A stretch of 41,461 nucleotides of DNA, taken from positions 1 through 41,461 of the forward strand of contig JAFYTG010000178.1 of the NCBI GenBank assembly GCA_017558945.1. The letters are read 5' to 3'. Below the pieces are notes generated by a model. The model did no database searches and had not been told where the DNA came from. It saw only the letters and a list, made by a program, of their open reading frames with translations. Origin of the DNA: Clostridia bacterium. Lineage in GTDB: Bacteria; Bacillota; Clostridia; Oscillospirales; SIG627. Position numbers and translations under genes: made by a program. Below, in pieces: positions 1 through 6,047 of this stretch (within the stretch, counting starts at the first letter, position 1; each line of letters opens with the position of its first letter).

Positions 1-125
1 ACAAGAGGCACCGAGTGACGATAATCGCTAATCAACTTATTTACACATAGACACAAATCTATTTTTTGGGGAAAATCTTCATTTTTAGATATACTGATAT
101 ATATAGGATTATTTCTGTAGCCCAT
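1..125 (-). CDS. 5' part of a hypothetical protein that runs off the left edge; paralog of the 332..1528 product
   Basis: Reverse complement of 125..1 reads ATG GGC TAC AGA AAT AAT CCT... = MGYRNNPIYISISKNEDFPQKIDLCLCVNKLISDYRHSVPL, open to the window edge. GGAGG (complement of 134..138) lies 8 nt upstream. The N-terminus matches MGYRNNPIY...ISGDYRHSAPL of the 332..1528 ORF. Confidence 0.6.
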   Translation of the reverse strand, partial: MGYRNNPIYISISKNEDFPQKIDLCLCVNKLISDYRHSVPL

Positions 126-156
126 CACCGTAGCCTCCGTATAATGACTTTAGCTT

Positions 157-185
157 ATTATATAACGATTATGCCTCAAAGTCAA
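157..185 (-). promoter_or_regulatory. sigma-70-type promoter for the leftward paralog
   Basis: On the minus strand: TTGACT (complement of 180..185), a 17-nt spacer, then TATAAT (complement of 157..162). It sits about 30 nt upstream of the ATG at 125. Confidence 0.5.
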
Positions 186-198
186 CAAAAAGCAAAGC

Positions 199-235
199 GT
201 GACATACAATGACACCGACGTGACAAAACGTGACA
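199..235. repeat. four phased (G/A)TGACA direct repeats; candidate regulator-binding array
   Basis: GTGACA 199..204, ATGACA 209..214, GTGACA 220..225, GTGACA 230..235. Start-to-start spacing is 10, 11 and 10 bp. The array lies between the two divergent -35 boxes. Confidence 0.5.
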
Positions 236-271
236 CGTAATATAAAAAACTAACAATTCAACTTGTTTATA

Positions 272-300
272 TTGACTTCATATTCTGTTTAATCTATAAT
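272..300 (+). promoter_or_regulatory. sigma-70-type promoter for the 332..1528 gene
   Basis: TTGACT 272..277, a 17-nt spacer, then TATAAT 295..300. It sits about 30 nt upstream of the ATG at 332. Confidence 0.55.
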
Positions 301-331
301 TAAGATAAGTTGTATAGGAAAGAAGGATAAT

Positions 332-1528
332 ATGGGTTACAGAAACAATCCGATTTATATGTGTACCACCAAAAGCAAATTCGGCTCTTTGGGATATGAT
401 TTTCATTTATCCGTAGACAAGATAAGCGGTGATTATCGACATTCCGCACCGCTCATGCGTGAAATACTTTTTGAATTTTTACAAGGTAAATATATAACGG
501 GCTCTCTGAAAGACCCTCTTTATTTTGGAGGGCAAGACTGTTATGTTTACAAAACCGAAAAATACACACAGACCATATGCAGAGTATCGGACAATTATCT
601 GTACTCCGAATATTTTCTTGATGCATGGAGCAATTATTATTTTGTCGATGTTTTTGATTGCGAGCACTATGACGAGTGTTGCGAAGAAACGAAAATCTGT
701 ACGATTTTTCCGTCAAGCAACGAGCACGATTGGGATGCTATATATAGTGATAAATGCTTTTTCTATTGTTCCGCCCGTGAAGAAAAGCACATCCGGCAGC
801 TTGAAGATATAACAAAGCGGGTAATGAAAGCCGCAAGCAGAGAGCTTCTGCCATCAGATTATGAATATGGCGAATGGGACGGTATCACAATTGAGTCGGA
901 AGAAGCGTGTAACACACCTGACGTTGATGAACAAATAGGGCTGAACATTCGGGATTATCAGCATTTTTCTTGTCAGCCGGGATTTGACAAATATCCGCTA
1001 TACCTTTTTGCTAACGGAAATGGGTTGTCACTTGCCACCTCTCCCGACTGTCAGTATGCGGCATTGAACAGACTTCTTGACGGTGCTTTTTATCGTGGCT
1101 TATCCGAGCATTTTGACGTTTCCTTAGAGCTTGACACGGTAAGCGAGGCGGTATTTGAATTTGCAGGAGAGACCGACAGATGCTACCGTGACGGTAACAG
1201 CCTCATAATACGGCAAATGGATGACTGTATGTTCTCGGATTTTTTGAGAACCTACACAATTGACACGCTTTTCTATACCAAAGGGGATTGGGGCGAGAAA
1301 AAGGAAAATCCTCTTTTCAAGCTTTCCTTTTCTCCTATGGGACTCAACGCAAATCTTATTGCAAATTTTGAGATATACGATAAATCCGTTGTTGACATAA
1401 TAAAGAGCGTTATGACTGATATTGCGGAAAAGTATAAACGCACACTTTATTTTAATGCAAAGCCTCCGCTTACAAAAATACCCGAGGCTGTTACGAATAA
1501 TCCACGTAAGGATTCTAATTTATTTTAA
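332..1528 (+). CDS. hypothetical cytoplasmic protein (398 aa, Cys/Tyr/Phe/Asp-rich); no domain recognised
   Basis: Long ORF with a GAAGGA SD-like element before the ATG, its own consensus promoter, and a terminator right after the stop. No signal peptide or TM segment is visible. A paralog lies at <1..125. Confidence 0.8.
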   Translation: MGYRNNPIYMCTTKSKFGSLGYDFHLSVDKISGDYRHSAPLMREILFEFLQGKYITGSLKDPLYFGGQDCYVYKTEKYTQTICRVSDNYLYSEYFLDAWSNYYFVDVFDCEHYDECCEETKICTIFPSSNEHDWDAIYSDKCFFYCSAREEKHIRQLEDITKRVMKAASRELLPSDYEYGEWDGITIESEEACNTPDVDEQIGLNIRDYQHFSCQPGFDKYPLYLFANGNGLSLATSPDCQYAALNRLLDGAFYRGLSEHFDVSLELDTVSEAVFEFAGETDRCYRDGNSLIIRQMDDCMFSDFLRTYTIDTLFYTKGDWGEKKENPLFKLSFSPMGLNANLIANFEIYDKSVVDIIKSVMTDIAEKYKRTLYFNAKPPLTKIPEAVTNNPRKDSNLF

Positions 1529-1584
1529 ATGATTCGTTCCCTCTCCAACGAGGTGATTTCGTTGTGTTTATGCAAGTCTACTTT

Positions 1585-1621
1585 GACAAAAAACGCCCCA
1601 CTTCACAAGTGGGGCATTTTC
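1585..1621. terminator. bidirectional rho-independent terminator between convergent genes
   Basis: Hairpin GCCCCAC-ttcacaa-GTGGGGC (1595..1615), with an A-run upstream and a T-run downstream. Confidence 0.7.
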
Positions 1622-1622
1622 A

Positions 1623-2294
1623 TTAAAGTATATCGTCAAGGGCGCGCCTCATAACGTCGGTAAAAAGCTCATATCCGTAAGGAGTGAAATGGATTCTGTC
1701 CTCAATGAATATATCCTCTCTCACCTGAGTGTAATCGCCTACCGCACCCTCCTTGAAGTACATAGGCTCTTGACTCACTCGGATGAGTGTCACGTCATCG
1801 TGCGAGTCGGCATACTCCTTCAATCTTTGATTCATTGCATAAACGTGATTAAGCCACAGCCTCCTTGCCTCATCGTCAAAGATTTTAGCATGAGGTCTGA
1901 TATCTGTTACGTAAAGCTTGATGCCGGGCATATCAACCCTTGCATACTCAAAAAATCTTTCCATCAGAAGCATAAGCTCATCGGGAGTGTAAAGAAAACC
2001 TCTGTCGTTTATAAAGGTAGTGAGAACTATTGCTCTCGGCTTCCACGGACGAACGAGTCGGGGATAGTAGTAAAGTGCTTCCTCCATCGTGCTTCCGCCA
2101 AAGCCGTGGTTTACCGCAACCCTCTCTCCGTTTTTGCCGAGAATACATTCCTCCAGAGGCTTGTTGCCGTATTTTTTACTCCAACGGGTAAATCCCGACG
2201 AACCGATGAAAAGTATCTTCCCCTCCTCTATCGGCTCCTTTTCGTATTCAAGAACGGTCTCCTCCAACCGATTCAACTGTACCTTTACAGCCAT
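1623..2294 (-). CDS. SGNH/GDSL-family hydrolase
   Basis: FIGSSGF (block I Ser), GFGGST (block II) and DRIHF (block V D-x-x-H) appear in the expected order. I place the start at ATG 2294 (MAVKVQ...), with AAGGAG 8 nt upstream, rather than at the TTG at 2300 used by the ORF track. Confidence 0.8.
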   Translation of the reverse strand: MAVKVQLNRLEETVLEYEKEPIEEGKILFIGSSGFTRWSKKYGNKPLEECILGKNGERVAVNHGFGGSTMEEALYYYPRLVRPWKPRAIVLTTFINDRGFLYTPDELMLLMERFFEYARVDMPGIKLYVTDIRPHAKIFDDEARRLWLNHVYAMNQRLKEYADSHDDVTLIRVSQEPMYFKEGAVGDYTQVREDIFIEDRIHFTPYGYELFTDVMRRALDDIL

Positions 2295-2450
2295 AATCAA
2301 AGCTCCTTTGACTTAAGATTACAATGATAATAGCATATCAAATTCGGTTTGTCAACTCGTCATAATGGACATTTATAGCACGTTTTAGACTTATTGAAGC
2401 TCACATTTTGCAAAACCTACGATTTATTAATAAAGAGTTCGGGAAAAGAC

Positions 2451-2479
2451 TTGACTTATTTTGCATTTCATTCTATAAT
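2451..2479 (+). promoter_or_regulatory. sigma-70-type promoter of glyQS
   Basis: TTGACT 2451..2456, a 17-nt spacer, then TATAAT 2474..2479. The leader to the ATG is only ~35 nt, so there is no room for a T-box. Confidence 0.6.
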
Positions 2480-2514
2480 AATATATCAACATTAGAAAAA
2501 ACGAGGAAAAGGAA

Positions 2515-3891
2515 ATGAATAACAGCGAAAAGACAATGGAAAAAATCGTTGCTCTCTGCAAAGGCAGAGGCTTCGTATATAGCGGCTCCGAAATCTACGG
2601 CGGTCTTGCAAACACCTGGGACTACGGTCCTCTCGGCGTTGAGTTCAAGAACAACGTAAAGAAGGCTTGGTGGAAGAAGTTCGTTCAGGAATCCAAGTAC
2701 AACGTAGGTCTTGACAGTGCCATCCTTATGAACCCTGAGACCTGGGTTGCATCGGGACACGTTGGAGGCTTCTCCGATCCCCTTATGGACTGTAAGGACT
2801 GTAAGAGCCGTCACAGAGCAGACAAGCTCATCGAGGATTTCAGCGGAGCACCCGCAGACGGTTGGTCAAACGAGCAGATGATGGATTACATCAAGGAAAA
2901 CAACATCGCTTGTCCCGACTGTGGCTCACACAACTTTACCGACATCCGTAAGTTCAACCTTATGTTCAAGACCTTCCAGGGTGTTACCGAGGATGCAAAG
3001 AGCGAGCTTTACCTCCGTCCCGAGACGGCTCAGGGTATCTTCGTAAACTTTGCAAACATTCAGCGTACCTCCAGAAAGAAGGTTCCCTTCGGCGTTGCAC
3101 AGATAGGTAAGTCCTTCCGTAACGAGATTACCCCAGGTAACTTCACCTTCCGTACCCGTGAGTTTGAGCAGATGGAGCTTGAATTCTTCTGTAAGCCCGA
3201 CACCGACCTTGAGTGGTTTGCTTACTGGAAGGATTACTGCGCTAACTTCCTTTACTCTCTCAATATGAAGAAGGAAAACCTCCGTCTCCGTGACCACGCT
3301 AAAGAGGAGCTCTCCTTCTATTCCAAGGCAACGACCGACTTCGAGTACCTCGTCCCGTTCGGATGGGGCGAGCTTTGGGGAATTGCAGACCGTACAAACT
3401 ACGACCTTTCCCAGCATATGAATCACTCGGGTCAGAGCCTTGAGTATTTCGATCCCGAAACCAACGAAAAATATATTCCTTACGTCGTTGAGCCCTCTCT
3501 CGGTGCAGACCGTGTTGCACTCGCATTCCTTTGCGAAGCATACGACGAGGAGGAGATTGCAGAAGGCGACACCCGTGTCGTAATGCGCTTCCATCCCGCT
3601 CTCGCACCCTTCAAGGCGGCAGTTCTTCCTCTCTCAAAGAAGCTTTCCGAAAAGGCTTCCGCTCTTCACGAGGAGCTTTCCAAGAGCTTTATGGTTGACT
3701 ACGACGAGGCAGGCTCTATCGGTAAGAGATATCGCCGTGAGGACGAGATCGGTACTCCCTTCTGTATCACCTATGACTTCGAGTCCGAGACAGACGGCTG
3801 TGTAACCGTACGTGACCGTGACACAATGGAGCAGGTACGCCTTCCCATTGCAGAGGTTAAGGCTTACATCGAATCAAAGCTTGAATTCTAA
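2515..3891 (+). CDS. glyQS: glycine--tRNA ligase (single-chain class II GlyRS)
   Basis: 458 aa. The N-terminus [40 protein letters not shown] and the rest of the protein are typical of Gram-positive GlyQS. Confidence 0.97.
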   Translation: MNNSEKTMEKIVALCKGRGFVYSGSEIYGGLANTWDYGPLGVEFKNNVKKAWWKKFVQESKYNVGLDSAILMNPETWVASGHVGGFSDPLMDCKDCKSRHRADKLIEDFSGAPADGWSNEQMMDYIKENNIACPDCGSHNFTDIRKFNLMFKTFQGVTEDAKSELYLRPETAQGIFVNFANIQRTSRKKVPFGVAQIGKSFRNEITPGNFTFRTREFEQMELEFFCKPDTDLEWFAYWKDYCANFLYSLNMKKENLRLRDHAKEELSFYSKATTDFEYLVPFGWGELWGIADRTNYDLSQHMNHSGQSLEYFDPETNEKYIPYVVEPSLGADRVALAFLCEAYDEEEIAEGDTRVVMRFHPALAPFKAAVLPLSKKLSEKASALHEELSKSFMVDYDEAGSIGKRYRREDEIGTPFCITYDFESETDGCVTVRDRDTMEQVRLPIAEVKAYIESKLEF

Positions 3892-3916
3892 TAATCTGCA
3901 AATAATATAAAAAAAC

Positions 3917-3957
3917 AGGACACTCATTTCCAACGGGAGATGAGTGTCCTTTTTTTC
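3917..3957 (+). terminator. rho-independent terminator of glyQS
   Basis: AGGACACTCAT-ttccaacgggag-ATGAGTGTCCT followed by TTTTTTT. Confidence 0.8.
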
Positions 3958-4000
3958 GTACATATTTATCCGTATAATAGTGGCAAACGGAGGTTTTGAT

Positions 4001-4132
4001 ATGGACGATGATTTTTTTGAATTTTTAATGGTAACGGGTCAGCTTGACTCCGACGGTACGAATGAATCGGGATGCTCAGGATGTCTGACTACGGCCGTAA
4101 TCGGAATTCTTCTGCTGTTATTTTTTATTTAA
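4001..4132 (+). CDS. possible small membrane peptide (43 aa); speculative
   Basis: GGAGG 3990..3994 lies 6 nt before ATG 4001. The product is MDDDFFEFLMVTGQLDSDGTNESGCSGCLTTAVIGILLLLFFI, with an acidic N-terminus and a hydrophobic C-terminal helix. TATAAT is at 3973..3978. The 3' end overlaps the convergent AraC gene by 15 nt. Confidence 0.3.
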   Translation: MDDDFFEFLMVTGQLDSDGTNESGCSGCLTTAVIGILLLLFFI

Positions 4133-4957
4133 CGGCGGATAGTCAAATAGGTTGCCCGAGGAATATTCCGACGGGGTAAGTCCCGTATGCTTTTTGAAAA
4201 GCCTATATCCGTAGGAGACGTCGTAAATGCCCACGCTCTCGCAGGAGACCTTAAAGGAAAGCCCCTTGTTGAGCATAAGCTCGGAAATCGTCTTAATTCT
4301 CTCGGCTGTAACGTATTGATGTATATTAATTCCGTTTGCCGCCTTGAACACCGAATTGAGATAATTCGGTGTTTTCTTCAGATGAGCGGAAATATCCGAT
4401 AAAAGAATTTTCTCGCCGAGATGCTCGGATATATAACGCTTTATCATATAGCTTACAATAGAGGATTTGTTGTCGGTAATGCGAAGCTCGGATAACGCTC
4501 TGAGAATACCAACGGCAATAAGCGAGGCGTGTGCACCTCTGTGCTCACGGGATACGCCTATATCCGAAACGATGGAATAAAGCTCACGCTTTATACGCTC
4601 TGTGACCTCGGAAGCAGGCACGTACAGCGGAAGCACAAGCCCCGCAAAGTCCTCGGGCACATCCTCGGAAAGCGCTGCTGTATAATCCATAATAAGCTGT
4701 ACGCTGCAATGGGAATGAGTCCCCTTATCCGATGAGATTATATTGATGGGATGATTTCGGAAAAGCAAAAAAACGCTTCCCTCCTCGGCAACGAAATTAC
4801 CGCCCCATATCTCGACAGTTATTCTTCCTTTTTTTACATATACTATTTCAAAATTGTCTTCTCGCGGAAAATAGCTGTGATTATAATTCTCCGCCTTAAA
4901 ATGATGAGCAAAGCCTATTTTCGGGAGCTCGTTAAAGTCAAGTAATAGCTTATTCAC
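4118..4957 (-). CDS. AraC-family transcriptional regulator (cupin-like N-terminus plus C-terminal double HTH)
   Basis: The C-terminus ...SDISAHLKKTPNYLNSVFKAANGINIHQYVTAERIKTISELMLNKGLSFKVSCESVGIYDVSYGYRLFKKHTGLTPSEY is a classic AraC HTH region. The gene is divergent from 5082..6011. Confidence 0.9.
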   Translation of the reverse strand: MNKLLLDFNELPKIGFAHHFKAENYNHSYFPREDNFEIVYVKKGRITVEIWGGNFVAEEGSVFLLFRNHPINIISSDKGTHSHCSVQLIMDYTAALSEDVPEDFAGLVLPLYVPASEVTERIKRELYSIVSDIGVSREHRGAHASLIAVGILRALSELRITDNKSSIVSYMIKRYISEHLGEKILLSDISAHLKKTPNYLNSVFKAANGINIHQYVTAERIKTISELMLNKGLSFKVSCESVGIYDVSYGYRLFKKHTGLTPSEYSSGNLFDYPPLNKK

Positions 4958-5022
4958 TATATCACCTCAAGAGCATTTTAACACAAAATCGTTGTTTTGT
5001 CCACATATAAGTGTTTTTTAAA

Positions 5023-5051
5023 TTGCAAAAGGCACGGACTGACATTATAAT
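5023..5051 (+). promoter_or_regulatory. sigma-70-type promoter of 5082..6011
   Basis: TTGCAA 5023..5028, a 17-nt spacer, then TATAAT 5046..5051. Confidence 0.5.
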
Positions 5052-5081
5052 AAATGAAAAATACTGCCCTTGGAGGATAAA

Positions 5082-6011
5082 ATGAATAAAAAGACACTGT
5101 TTTTTATTGACGACGTTATCTGGGTATTCCGTGATCTTACAAGACAAAGACCCGCTTCGCTTTTCGATAATCCGTTTATGAGGCTGTTGCTCGAGCTTCA
5201 CACTCTTTACGGCGTGAAAACACAGCTCAACGTATTTTATCAGACCGACACCTTTTACGGAAACGACCTCTTTACCCTTGACGAAATGACCGATGCCTAT
5301 AAATCGGAATTCGAGGCTTGCTCGGATTGGCTGAAGCTCGGCTTCCATTCAAGGCAGGAATTTCCCGACTACCCTTACATCAACGCAACCTACGAGCATA
5401 TAGCGGAGGACTACGCGCTCATCAAAAACGCGGTTTTACGCTTTGCGGGAGAAAAATCCTTCAGCATATCCACAACTCCTCATTGGAGACCGATAAGCCG
5501 CGCGGCTTGTCACGCGCTTTACGACGGTGGCATCCGTATGATGAGTGCTACCTGCTCAAATTTATCGGCAAACGACACCGACCTATCCCTTTTGCCATAC
5601 GGTCACGCAGGAAGATTTTTACAAAACCGTCAGCCCGAGACCGCTCTTTTCGTAAGAGAATTCGGAGACCCCGCCCTCAAAATATCAATACGCGGCTACA
5701 ATAACATTTCCACCGAGGAAAGCGAGCGCACAAGATACACCTGCGATTACGTCGTTGACGGGGAGACGGGACTCTGCTTCAAGGAGCTTGGAGGCGCACC
5801 CTCTCTCAACGTTGCAACAAAAGAGGAGATCGCCGAGGTATACCCAACTCTCGTTGACAGAGAATTCCTCTGCTACGCCACCCACGAGCAATATTTTTAT
5901 CCCGACTACTACGCATATCAGCCCGACTATCCCGAAAAGCTAAAGCTTGCGGCTAAAATCATTTCGGAAAGCGGCTACGAATACGTTTTCGGCGGAGACC
6001 TCCTAAAATAA
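5082..6011 (+). CDS. hypothetical protein, paralog A of a ~310-aa family; function unknown
   Basis: GGAGG lies 5 nt before ATG 5082 (MNKKTLFFIDDVIW...); the TTG at 5070 in the ORF track is unlikely to be the start. The product is collinear and similar over its whole length to the 9001..9933 product. Shared blocks: FFIDD.IWV.RDL.R.RPAS.FDN.FM, SDWLK..FH..QEFPDYPY.NATY, RFAGEKS, PHW.P.SRA.CHAL, LPYGHA, NRQPET.LF, HEQYFYPDY.AY.PD. Confidence 0.85.
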   Translation: MNKKTLFFIDDVIWVFRDLTRQRPASLFDNPFMRLLLELHTLYGVKTQLNVFYQTDTFYGNDLFTLDEMTDAYKSEFEACSDWLKLGFHSRQEFPDYPYINATYEHIAEDYALIKNAVLRFAGEKSFSISTTPHWRPISRAACHALYDGGIRMMSATCSNLSANDTDLSLLPYGHAGRFLQNRQPETALFVREFGDPALKISIRGYNNISTEESERTRYTCDYVVDGETGLCFKELGGAPSLNVATKEEIAEVYPTLVDREFLCYATHEQYFYPDYYAYQPDYPEKLKLAAKIISESGYEYVFGGDLLK

Positions 6012-6014
6012 ATC

Positions 6015-6044
6015 AAAGGCTACGGTTTTTACCGTAGCCTTTTC
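6015..6044. terminator. bidirectional rho-independent terminator
   Basis: AAAGGCTACGG-ttttta-CCGTAGCCTTT between convergent genes. Confidence 0.75.
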
Positions 6045-6047
6045 GCA

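Noticed and set aside
2301-2514. Possible T-box leader upstream of glyQS, which is common in Firmicutes
   Set aside because: No T-box consensus (…GGTGGTACCGCG…-like) and no terminator/antiterminator hairpin is present. A consensus promoter at 2451..2479 leaves only a ~35-nt leader.
2926-3594. Long antisense ORFs opposite recognised genes (2926..3594, 1689..2327, 17427..18059, 18971..19609, 20824..21312, 28735..29190, 30221..30799, 31814..32278, 38227..38919, 40547..41086 and the many shorter ones)
   Set aside because: These are shadow ORFs on the opposite strand of confidently identified or much longer genes. They have no SD, and their translations are low-complexity or biased (Arg/Ser/Leu-rich).
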